From: Takakia lepidozioides
Taxonomy: Eukaryota > Plantae > Bryophyta
Direction of reading: 5' to 3'
Assembly: GCA_030704615.1 (NCBI GenBank)
Contig: CM060732.1
Location: forward strand, 73,656,001-73,720,000
DNA length: 64,000 bases
Position numbers and translations under genes: made by a program. The first letter of the stretch is position 1. Each line of letters opens with the position of its first letter. Shown piece after piece: positions 13,601-25,300 of this stretch. Below the pieces are notes generated by a model. It ran no database searches. It was given only the letters and a program-made list of their open reading frames with translations, and was not told where the DNA came from.

Positions 13601-15090
13601 CGTTATGAAGTATCTTTTCTCTACACCTCTACATGCATCAGAGTACCATAAGCCATTTGGACTCCCAATCAGCTTCATAAAGTGTCTTTCATTCTTTGTA
13701 GGGTTTTAGAATCCTTACCCTGCAATTTAGTATGACCAAGTGTTCAGTAGAATGCCCCAACGATCTTTGATTTTTTCAGGAAAGCGATCTGATGGAGAAT
13801 CTCCACAGGTGACGAATGCGCAAGAGCAGCTGGACACACAAGTACATCAGTTCAAGATGGAGATATCTCCTGCAGCAGAGAGCCTATGTGACTATGTGAC
13901 GAGGTACGTGGGAGCATCGAGGATATGGAGGGAGTGTTCAACAATATGGTTGAACGAGATTTGGTGTCATGGAACGCCATGCTTGTAGGATATGCATAGC
14001 AGGGGTGCGGGATGGAGGCCTGGGGGAAGGGGTGAAGCCCGACCACATCACGTTTGTGTGCGTTTGCAATGCTTGTGCAAGCCTGGCAGCCCTGGAAAAG
14101 GGCAAAGGGTGCATGGTGACATCATCAAAGCCTGAATTGTACCAAATGTCATTCTGGACACTGTCCTGGTGAACATGTATGCGAAATGTGGGTGCATTGA
14201 GGATGCAAAGGGAGTATTTGACAATGTGGCTGAATGAAATGTGGTATCGTGGAATCCGATGATCGCAGGATATGCCCAGCATGGTTGTCATAGGGAGGTC
14301 CTGCAATTATTTGAAGGAATGCAAAAGAACGGCTTGAAGCCGGACAGTATCACCTTTATATGTGTTCTCTATGCATGCAGCCACACTGGCCTACTGAATA
14401 AAGGAAGACGCTACTTTGATTCCCTGAGTCAAGATCATGGTGTCACCTCGCCAGTAAAGCACTTTGGCTGCATGGTGGACCTTCTGGATGAGCGGGACAA
14501 GTACATGAGGCAGTGGACCTGATTAATAAAATGCCAATCAATCCAGATGTTGTGGTGTGGAAGGCCTTGCTTGGTGCCTGCAGAATCCATGGCAATGTGG
14601 AGATGGCTGAATGTGTGGCAACATCTATCCTCAAGTGGGATGAACAAGATGCCGCGACTTATGTGGTGCTATATCAAACATCTATGCTGCAGCTGGCAGG
14701 TGGGGTGATACTGCAAAGGTGAGAAGAATGTGAAGGTTAGAGGGGTTAGAAAGGAGCCAAATGACAAGTTGCATCCCAGAATTAAGGAAATCCATGTTGA
14801 GCTGAGAAGATTGTCTGGGCAGATGAAGGAGGCGGGGTACGTGCCTGACACACGCATTTTATTGCATGATGTGGAGGAAAGGAATTTTCTCTTAGCCACC
14901 ACAGTGAGAAGTTGGCCATTGGTTTTGGGCTGATCAGCACAACTCATCAAGAATCTTCGAGTGTGTGGAGACTGCCACACCTCCACCAAATTCATCTCAA
15001 AGATTGTTGGCCGAGCAATTGTTGTATGGGACGCTAACTACTTTCCACCACTTTGAAGATGAGATTTGTTCTTGTGGTGATTACTGGTGA
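10610..15090 (+). pseudogene. PLS-E-DYW pentatricopeptide-repeat RNA-editing factor pseudogene, copy 2
   Basis: Many near-identical P-L-S triplets (VVSWNAMLAGYAQQGRGMEAL / HITFVCVCNACASLAALEKGKEVH / VILNTALVDMYAKCG) with numerous frameshifts and stops. E domain (PDVVVWKALLGACRIHGN), HSEKLA at ~14898, [10 protein letters not shown] and terminal CSCGDYW* ending at 15090. Confidence 0.93.
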
Positions 15091-16489
15091 AAGGATGTTT
15101 TCTTGGAAAGATGCTAGGTATTGCTTCATTCATTGATCTGTGTAGCTACTCAGACCATCCACCATTTCTTGATAGTGGGGTCTACCCGGCATAGGTAGGA
15201 AGTCAGCCCACAATTGCACTTGACTGAAGGGGTGATTTTTTACTGATTCTGGTGACAGTGGATGGAAATCAGAGTGTTGTCCTAATTCTGGGTTTGGGTG
15301 GTGGAGCTTCTCCAAAGCTTGAAGATGGAAGTGAATACGAATTTTAATGAGCTTGATGAAAGGGGCAGCCCTGTGCACAAGTTTGTTCAACATCTTAAAT
15401 TTGGACATGTTTGTTTGTTTCTCGTGGTGTGGCTTTGGATGGAGCCCTTGACTCACAACAGCAGGACTTCTAGACATTACCCTGAGTCCTTCCACTTCTT
15501 CACTGCTTGTAGAGGCGAGTCTCTGTGGATCAGAAGACCATAAATGGAGATGCTAGTGCAATTGGTAAGTAAAGCAGATGAGCGGTCAGCTGGGGAACAA
15601 GTTGTACAAGAATCAAAGGCAACTGACAAGGAGCTGTGCAACAAAGACAAGGCAACTTCAATGGACTCCTTGAGCACTTCTGTTGGAGGAGGCAAAGCCT
15701 GCTGGAGTGAGGGAGGGGTGCAGTCAGATCACATCCGGAGGCAGGTACAAGCCAAAGTTGTGTTTATCCAAGGCGAGACCACAATTCTCTACTCAGAGCA
15801 GTGTGAGTTGCATACTGATCTATCATATTATTTTGACCCTCTTAATTATTAACTATGATGGCCCAGAGGCCCCATACATCAGTTTGGAATGTTTCGAGTG
15901 GTGCAGCTGTTATCTTGCACTCTTACTTTTCGGGGTGCTGTACAGACTGCTGGTGGCCAGATTCCCAAAGAGCTTGCACCTTATCTATGGACAGCAGGTG
16001 ATGATGAGGTGGCCATTGTTGGGATTGCATTTGGAGGTGCTGGTGAGCAAGCTGGATGCTGGTTTGAAGGAGATGAATGCAATGCAACTCGATGAAAAGA
16101 AGTGCTTTCACCAGGAACAGTTTCACCTTCAATCAGTGCGGGTATCCTAATCTCTTGCTCGTTAGAAACAGCTCCATTCTGGCTGAGGAGAAGCTCGATT
16201 CATTGAAAAGGATTCATGCTCGCAAGAGGTAGGGCACATTTAAATTTCAGACATGGTATACATCAAATACAAGGCAAGTCTCCCGATTCCATAAGCAGTG
16301 ATACATCAAGTATATATTATAACGCCATTTTGAATGAAATGATGGTGCAGACAAGTCTGCTTCTGGTACCAATTTGGCTTATAGAGACAATGGCGGATAT
16401 GCTTCTTCCAGCAACATGCGACTGCAAGAAGGAACCTCCTTCTTCGACCTATTTCACCCTGTTTTTCCATATCATCAAGCACCTCAACC

Positions 16490-18717
16490 ATGACCACAGC
16501 TTCTGGAAGAGGAACAAGAGAGGGAGTCCACAATGCCTCTTCTGGCACTTCTGGGTATGTGAAGATACTTTGTGAGGCAGGCAGACTGAAAGATAAGACT
16601 TTAAACCAAGGAGGCATTTCAGCAGATTCAGATACGTATGTCTGTCTCTTACGTAAGTGCATCAAGATGAAAGGCCTTGAAGCTGGAAAGCAGGTGCACA
16701 CTCACATTATCCAAAGTGGATTTTTTTCTACTCAACACCCTTGTCAACATGTATGTTAAGTGCGGGAGCATCATGGATGCTCACCAAGTGTTCAACAGAA
16801 TGCCTCAACCATCTTTGATCACGTGGAATGTAATGTTGGCAGGATTTACCAAGCATGGGTGTGGTACGAATGCTTTGGAGACCTATGAGCAAATGATGGG
16901 GGAAGCCCAACCACATCACATTCCTTTGCGTTTGCAATGTGTGTGCAAGCCTGGGAGCTCTAGAAAAGGGGAAAGAGGTCTGTGGTGACATCGTCAAAGC
17001 TGGAATTGTACCAGATGTCATTCTGAACACTGCCCTGGCGGACAGGTATGCCAAATGTGGGTGCATTGTCAGACCTATATGCACAGCAAGGGTACGGGAT
17101 GGAGGCTTTAGAGATCTAGGAGCAAATGTTGCGCAAGGAATGAAGCCCAACCACATCACATTTGTTTGTGTTTGCAATGCGTGTGCAAGCCTGGGAGCTC
17201 TGGAAAAGGGGAAAGAGGTCTGTGGTGACATCGTCCAAGCTGGAATTGTACCAGATATCATTCTGAACACTGCCCTGGTGGACAAGTATGCCAAATGTGG
17301 GTGCATTGTCAGACCTGCAATTGTACAAAATGTCATTCAGAACAATACCCTTGTGGACATGTATGAAGGGAGTTTTCGACAGTAAGGCTAAACGAGATGT
17401 GGTGTCGTGGAGTGCGATGATTGCAGGATATGCACAGCAAGGGTGTGGGATGGAGGCTTTGGAGACCTAGGAGCAAATGATGTGCGAAGGGGGTGAAGCC
17501 CAACCACATCACATTTGTTTGTGTTTGCAAGGCGTATGCAAGCCTGGCAGCTCTGGAAAATGGGAAAGAGGTCCGTGGTGACATCGCCAAAGCTGGAATT
17601 GTACCTGATGTCATCCTGAACACTGCCCTGGTGGACATGTATGCCAAATGTGGGTGCATTAAGGATGCAATGGGAGTTAAATTTCAACACCATGGCTGAA
17701 CAGATGTGGTGTCGTGGAACGCGATGCTTGCAGGGGTATGCACAGCAGGATGGGGGATGGAGGCTTTGGAGACCTATGAGCAAATGATGGGGGAAGGGGT
17801 GAAGCCACATCACATTTGTGTGCGTTTGCAGTTCGTGTGCAAGTCTGGCAGCCCTCGAAAAGGACAAAGAGGTGCATGGTTGCATCGCCAAAGCTGAAAT
17901 TGTACCAGATGTCATTCTGAACAATACCCTCGTGGACATGTATGCCAAATGTGGGTGCATCAAGGATGCGGAGGGAGTGTTTGACAGTATGGCTGAACGA
18001 GATTTGGTGTCATGGAATGCCATGCTTGCAGAATATGCACAGCAGGGGCGCGGGATAGAGGCCTTGGAGACCTATGAGCAAATGATGGGTAAGGGGTGAA
18101 GTCCAACCACATCACGTTTGTGTGCGTTTGCAATGCTTGTGCAAGCCTGGCAGCCCTGGAAAAGGGCAAAGGGTGCATGGTGACATCATCAAAGCTGGAA
18201 TTGTACCAAATGTCATTCTGGACACTGCCCTGGTGGATATGTATGCGAAATGTAGGTGCATTGAGGATGCAAAGGGAGTATTTGACAATGTGGTTGAATG
18301 AAGTGTGGTGTCGTGGAATCCGATGATCACAGGATATGCCCAGCATGGTTGTCATAGGGAGGTCCTGCAATTATTTGAAGGAATGCAAAAGAATGGCTTG
18401 AAGCTGGACAATATCACCTTTATATGTGTTCTCTCCGCATGTAGCCACACTGGCCTACTGAATGAAGGAAGACGCTACTTTCATGGTGTCACCCTGCCAG
18501 TAAAGCACTTTGGCTGCATGGTGGACCTTCTGGACGTGCGGGACAACTACATGAGGCAAGGTACCTGATTAATAAAATGCGAATCAATCCAGATGTTGTG
18601 GTGTGGAAGGCCTTGCTTGGTGCCTGCAAAATCCATGGCAATGTGGAAATGGATGAATGTGTGGCAACATCTATCCTCAAGTGGGATGAACAGGATGTCG
18701 CGACTTATGTGTTGCTA
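16490..18717 (+). pseudogene. PLS-E class PPR pseudogene, copy 3 (DYW part missing)
   Basis: Same 5' block as copies 1 and 2 (SREGVHNASSGTSG.VK.LCEAGRL), frameshifted PLS triplets, and an E domain nearly identical to 14241-14670; it breaks at ~18717. Confidence 0.9.
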
Positions 18718-20865
18718 TAATTCTGGGTTTGGGTGGTGGAGCTTCTCCAAAGCTTGAAGATGGAAGTGAATACGAATTTTAATGAGCTTGATGAGAAGGG
18801 CAGTCATGTGCACAAGTTTGTTCAGCATCTTAAATTTGGACATGTTTGTTTGTTTCTCGTGGTATGGCTTTGGATGGAGCCCTTGACGAACTTGCATGAA
18901 TATTGTCAAAAGCTAGCCTTAACCCACCAAGATCCAATCCCACGGTGGATGCTTGAAAGTTCATATAGTGAATGTAAGGGTATTTGGGTATGTTGTTATT
19001 GATTGATGCGGCTTGTGAAAATTGAACATTGAAATGCAGATCTGCCATTTTTCTTCCAGAAAAAACAAAACACGAGATCTCTGCATGTAACACCGTGGGG
19101 ATGACCCACCATTTTTTTGTGAAAAAATGAACTTAGTTCTCAAAATTCGTTGCTAGTAGTGCGGAGCAACGCGAAGCCTTAGTATAATCAAAACACCATA
19201 TGATCACATGAATGAGTAATGGGTGTATTAGTTAGCAGGTAGTGAATTATAAATCTTATAATAAAGATGTTGTAGGTTCAAACTCCTCCAAGTACAATCA
19301 AATGGATATGATGACCCTAGGGTTAATAGGCGAGCTAGGGATAGCACGTAACACACTAGATAGGTTGCCACGTGGTTTATTATTATTATTATTATTATAA
19401 AGATGTATTATGCCACGTGTCACAATGCAGAGCGACGTGGCGTCTGACATATATATTTTTAAATTAAAATTTAATTGCGCCTCGCCACGTAGCGCGGCAG
19501 CGGCGACTGCAGTATGGTATATATGACTTCAGTAAGAGATATCACTTGGTTCATCTAACTATTCATTGGAATTCAACCCTCATCAACATGTCAACTCATC
19601 TTTTTTTTTAGAATGCATGGGATAGTTGTTTCCTTGACGATAGGGATTTTAATTAAGGAGACTAGGGCTCAAACAATCATGCAGAGTATAGTAAGAATAA
19701 GAATGTCATTGATTGTGATTCTTAAGAACATGTGCTTTGTAAGTTCATGTTGCTTGTATACTAAACCTAGATATTTTTTGCTCAGACTTCATATTTGTTG
19801 TGTTTTTTCGCATGGTGGTTTTATGAGCAGTCCAACCTAAAAATGAAAAGCATGATATGGTTATCTTGAGTAAACCTCAGATGTCTTTTTCAGATATGCT
19901 ATGATCTTCTATGAAACTTGAGCTTGACATTGGTTACTCACTCTCTCATAATTTTACATATTATCTGTTAGAAAACTTTAACTGAATTAAAGGCGCAATT
20001 TGTAGGTTTTGAGGTGCAGCTATTGTCCCATTGTTCTTGAAACTGCATGATACTAATGCAAGCAAGCTCTTGTTCTATTTCAGGTGTGGTGCTATAACAT
20101 CTTTGTGAAGCAACAATTTGGTATTTTCAGTTTGTGTATGACATGGCTTAGATGTACTAGTGTCAGAGGTAAAAGATCTAAATAGTTGGTAGTCTTTATA
20201 GCTTCTGTAGTGTATGCACTTATACATATAAATTTTTTTGGACAAAGCTTCCACGTAGTGCAATGCACCTAATTGAAGTGCCTAAAGTTGCGTATGATTA
20301 GTATAGCAATTGTGGTGTATTGACAAGTATTGTACGGGAAAGTCAATTTCCTGAATTTTCAGAGTTATCTATAGCTTGAGAGATTAGGAGAGGTCAAGAA
20401 ACTGATAGAAGGGTTTGTCTAGAAGATGACCGCAACATGACAACGAAGCTCTTTTCTGAGGCCACTTTTTGGGAATTGAAATACAACAACATCACGTTGA
20501 TCTCTTTTATAATAGATGCGAATTATTTAGAGAGCAAAGAGTTCATGGAGTCTATGGCCTAAAGTGAGCCATCATGGTTTAGAGTAGGGCCAATGCTTAT
20601 TATGGATTTGTTTATGAAGCCAAAACATTTGCACTATATAATGTTTGTCACTATTTCTGGTTTGAATCCTAATGAATTTTCTGTATTTTGGATTTATTAG
20701 TATGCACACAAACTTGTATAATAACGCACCAAAAAATTGTCTAACCATTTTTATCCGAGATTTTAATTTTATCCTTCACAAACCCAACACCGCATTTGAG
20801 TCACTTCACTCGTTCATGACAACCAACCACTTTATCTTACATTCCAGGGATCTACAAGAGAACCT

Positions 20866-20879
20866 GGCTCTGATACCAA
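20866..20879 (-). promoter_or_regulatory. LTR-retrotransposon primer-binding site (tRNA-iMet)
   Basis: Plus strand GGCTCTGATACCAA reads TTGGTATCAGAGCC on the minus strand, the canonical plant Met-i PBS. No paired LTR was identified. Confidence 0.7.
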
Positions 20880-21056
20880 TCAAACCTCTTATGGAAAGTG
20901 CTTAACAACTAAGCCACCTCTGAGCAAGATAACCTCCCAACCTAGAGACCTCTCTTGCTGCTTGCCAAAGAGTATAGGAATCCTCTTGGTGCTAAGTCTG
21001 CCTTGCTCTCTCTCAAGACTCTGAGTAACCACACCTGATCATCATGCTTCCTATGG

Positions 21057-21936
21057 CTACCTGTATTTGTGTTCTCTCTGTGTTTCCCTCCTAGATTGAG
21101 CACCAGATCCCTGACAATGCAATTTTTTGTCATCTTCGTACATCAAAGCTAGTTCTATTACATCTTGCAAGGATTCACTTCTAGCTTTCTGGACATCAGG
21201 TCTAATTTCATCTTTAAGACCCTGTACAAAGAAAACAAGCTGTATCGCATCAGTGACATCCTTGGGCAACTTTAAGGTATGCTCGCGATACTTACCTGCA
21301 TATGCCTGAACACTTAAGGTTCCATGTCTGAGATACCTCCACAACTGTATGTTTCGGCCTTCTTCGTTTGGTGGTACAAAGTTGGTCTCGAATACCGTCG
21401 AAACTCTATCCATGTGACGGGAAGTTTTGCATCAGCCTCCAACTTCCTCCACCACAATATACAGGTACGGAGTCAATTCGTACAGTTGATGCGGTAAAGC
21501 AATGGCTCTCCAAATTCGAGTAGTACTTTCGCCTATGTGGCATTGAGACCGATGAAGTGAAGATTTCAAACGTGGTGGTGTAGCTGTACGACGCGGCACA
21601 TCGTTGGTGGAGGAAGTTGGAGGCTGATGCAAATCTTCTCGTCACATGGACAAAGTTTCGGATGGTATTCGAGACCAACTTTGTACCACCAAACGAAGAA
21701 GGCCGAAAAATATAGTCGTGGAGGTATCTGAGACAGGGAACTTTAAGCGTTCAAGCATATGCAGATAAATATCGGGAGCATCCCTTAAAGTTGCCCAAGG
21801 ATGTCACTGATGCGGTACAACTTGTTTTCTTTGTACAAGGTCTTAAAGATGAAACTATATCCAATGTCCAGAAAGGTGCAAGATGCAATAGAACTAGCTT
21901 TGATGTACCAAGATGGCAAAAAATTGCATTGTCAGG
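21057..21936. mobile_element. Ty3/gypsy-type gag (Retrotrans_gag) remnants in two opposite orientations
   Basis: Plus ~21480-21936: VKQWLSKFE*YF..AHRWWRKL..TWTKFRMVFETNFVP..LRQGTLSVQAYADKY..FVQGLKDE. The minus ORF 21057-21413 encodes the same region. Confidence 0.85.
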
Positions 21937-22351
21937 TATTCCAGTAGCCAGAGATGCTCGAACCAATCAGAACGATTTAAAAAAAAGATGGCGGGTCCTA
22001 CGTTTTCCCAAAGGGTGATTTTAGCGGGGTCCCTCTCTACCCGCCCCTGTTGGGGAGGATGCTTGAGGTTTAGAGTTTAGAGCAGAATTCTGGACAGACG
22101 AGAGATCTGACCCCTCAAAACCCATTGGAGTTCACCTTGATAAACCTGAAATTCTCCTCACCGTTGCAGAATTGCAAGTGAAATTGTGGGCTGCTCATCC
22201 TTGACTGATCACCTTGGGCGACCTCCCCCTGGGTACAATGAGCTAGAAGCAAAAAATCTCTGAAAACTACGGTGGAATTTGGGGGAAGGTGGTGAATTGC
22301 AGATTCTCCGTGTTGTAAGATTCTCTTCTCTTTCTTTTTGTCTGTCTGGCT

Positions 22352-25300
22352 ATGCCGCAGCAAGTCCATCGGAGTGGGGGACGCAATAGCAGTGCAGCGG
22401 GGCGAGATTCTGAGCGCTTGCAACAGTTGATTGTGCGTATGCGTGCGGCCTTGCAGCTCGGCTTGCGCTCCACGTCTTTGTGGGTGCTTATTCACACCCT
22501 TGAATTTCCTCAGTCTCTACTCTCACCTTCCGTCGGTGTGTGCCGGTCTCCCTTGGTTGTTTCTCTATCCTTCGCGCCCCTTTTTTAGCTGTTACCGCAC
22601 CGGTGTTCAATTTTTTAAAGGGGAGGATGGGATGCCAGGCGAAAGGAGGGAGGTCAAAAATGGTGCAACACAGATGCAGAGGTGCAGGGGCAGGCTGTGC
22701 GGGCCATAGCCGCTTTTGTGGCAGCATTGCCCAGGCATCCGTTTCCCATCCTCACTGTGCAGGTATTGGCTTCTCTGGATCCATGACTTTCCCATTTGAA
22801 CTCGGAATCTATCGTCTATAGCTGCTGACGAAGGACTGGAAGGGTGGTCGACACGCGAGCCTGAGTTAGGTTTTTTCTGTGTAATGGAATCAAGATAAAA
22901 CAATGTTGAATTTTCCAAAAAGTTTAGGGAGCGATGGCAGTTGCCATGTTTATTTGTAGTTCCAGCTAACCCACAATGTTTGCACAAGCAGTTCACAAGC
23001 CGGAGTACATGAGAACTTGCAGATCCTAGAAACCCTTGCAAATGGATTGAAGATCAGCACCTGTTTACTTTATTCAGCTATCCTGATTTTATCCACTAGT
23101 TTTCTTTCTGGTTATTTGGCTGTCTTTACATTACAGACAGTCAACAATCAGATGGCACAGCTGACCTGTAACGTGGGTCATCTTCCTTTTGGACGAGTAG
23201 TTTTGAAATTTTCCTCTGAGAATGTGGAAATCTTGTCCAGTAACCTTGATTTGCAAGCTAAATGCCCTGAAAGCTTACACATGGGTACCTGCCACAGACT
23301 GCGGTGGAGGAGGCAGTGGCAGCATTGGAAAGCCTCTTGGGTGCAGAGCAGGAGGCAGTATACAGGCAGGCAGCTGCGGCAAGCGCAGGGCTGGCAACAG
23401 CCACGAGGGGCAGCATGCTGCTGCAGTTGGTGCGACCTCTGGCAGGTCTGCTGGAGCCCTCCAAGGCTGCCGTTGCAGCAGCCTCTGCATCCACAGCTTT
23501 GCAGAGCATTCTTGCAGCAGTGAAGCCGCGACGTGGGAATCATGGGTTGACAAGGGTGGATGATCCAGTTTGGAAAATCCTAGAAGAGGCGGATGTGTTG
23601 GGCAACATTGCAAGCCGGTTACAGTCAGGAGGAAGTTTTGACAAACATACTGGAGTGGCAGAGTGTGCAGAGGTACTGGCTTTGATCCTGGAACGCTGGC
23701 CGGTAGCACGGTTTAGGGTGGGACGTCTGCAGTCAGTCAGAATTGCTCTGTTAACACTGGGCAGAAGCAGCAGCGAGTTCATGGCAATTGCTGGGCTGCG
23801 AGCATGTTGTGCTTTGGGTACATTTCGTTTTCTTTGCATTTACCCCAACTTTCACTGTTGCGGCTTGGTTCATTGTATATGATGTGTGTGGGATGCTATC
23901 CGTGTGCAGTCAATATTCAATCTTATCCAGGGGCTTCTCATTTTTATAATAATTTGGATCATTATTAGAACCTCTGGAGGGCCGTTAACAGTGTGAAAGG
24001 AAACAGCGCTTTGTGCAGGCGTAGCAATGCTTCTACTACAAAGTGGGGAGGCTTTATGGGTTACGGTGGCACATTGTCTTCATTCCTCCAATCCTTCCCT
24101 TGTACGAGTGGAGGCATTGCGTTTTCTTTCTGTCCTTGGGGTATGTACACATAGACAACCCTTTCTCATTGACGTGTACCCAACTGTACCTACGTCAACA
24201 TTATCGCTGTTCTCGTTACTCTCTAGCATTAGTGTTGTATTCTAAATGCTTGCATTTGAGTTACAGCCCTCTGTTGACTTTAGCACTTCCTTCTTGCAGA
24301 ATGTACTCATAAGACCTTTGCCGTAGCCTTGTGGCCATAGACCCTGCTCCCAGTTTGGGCAGAACAAGAGGGAACAGACACGACCTTTCTGAGGGACTCA
24401 CTCCAGTAGTGGGACTTACCTTGGTATAAAGAATTGGTTCGGACTTTCCAGATTTCCTCTAGAAAACTTTTCACACAAGCATCAATCTGTTGTTGTGAGC
24501 TGCCCAGCAATTAGACCCCAACAGGGCCAGGGCTTTAGGCTCAGTCTTGAGATTTTGAAAGTTGGTGAACAGAGATGCAGGGACTATGTTCTTGATGGTC
24601 CTGAAAAGGGTCACTCTCTCATGAGAATACCCCGGACATTGTATCAGAACACAGATATTGTCTTCAGGCTGCCCACACATGGGGCATTGACATCTCGTTT
24701 TCCTCTCCGCATCTGTTTATTATTTAAAGGTAGACTCCCCACCCTGAGTTTAAACTTAAGTCTAGTCCCAAGGGTAGGTAGGCTCTTCAGATTATCCTTT
24801 AAGGTCCTCATCCATGTCACAAACTGGAAACAAGTAAGGGAAGTTTTATGCCTAACTTTGTTACACAGAATGTACTCATAAGACGTTGTTTAACTTTGTT
24901 ACACAGAGAGTGTTACATAGCATGTGAAAGCTAGACAACGAAACATCAAAGCGAATGTGTTGTGTTTGCCTCTTTTGGACGGCATCACAGCCTAATTTGG
25001 GCACCATCAAACTGTCTCTACCCAGATCTGCCTCCATACCTACCTTTCCTTACTGGAAAACCAGTTTTTAGGTGTTCTTAGTGACAATCAAATGCACACT
25101 AGGTAGGCCTTTCTCACAAACAAATTTTCCTCCCCACTTTCATATCTAAGGAAGCAACAATAGAAGTAGGAAGTGCTTGACTAGTGTCTCCTTAAGGGTA
25201 ACTCCTTTCCATGTAGGTACAAGCTCATAGATTCTTCAACCCATTCAGAGCAAAACAGCAAGTATGTGTGCAAAACCAACACATACAAACGGATTTGAGG

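Noticed and set aside
15298-16150. Short ORFs between PPR copies 2 and 3
   Set aside because: Possibly gene fragments, but I could not assign a family or a consistent exon chain.
10873-18680. Numerous minus-strand ORFs over the PPR cluster
   Set aside because: They are antisense shadows of the repetitive plus-strand PPR coding sequence.
19152-19185. Helitron 3' hairpin
   Set aside because: The stem is very short, the CTRR end is imperfect, and no matching 5' end was found.
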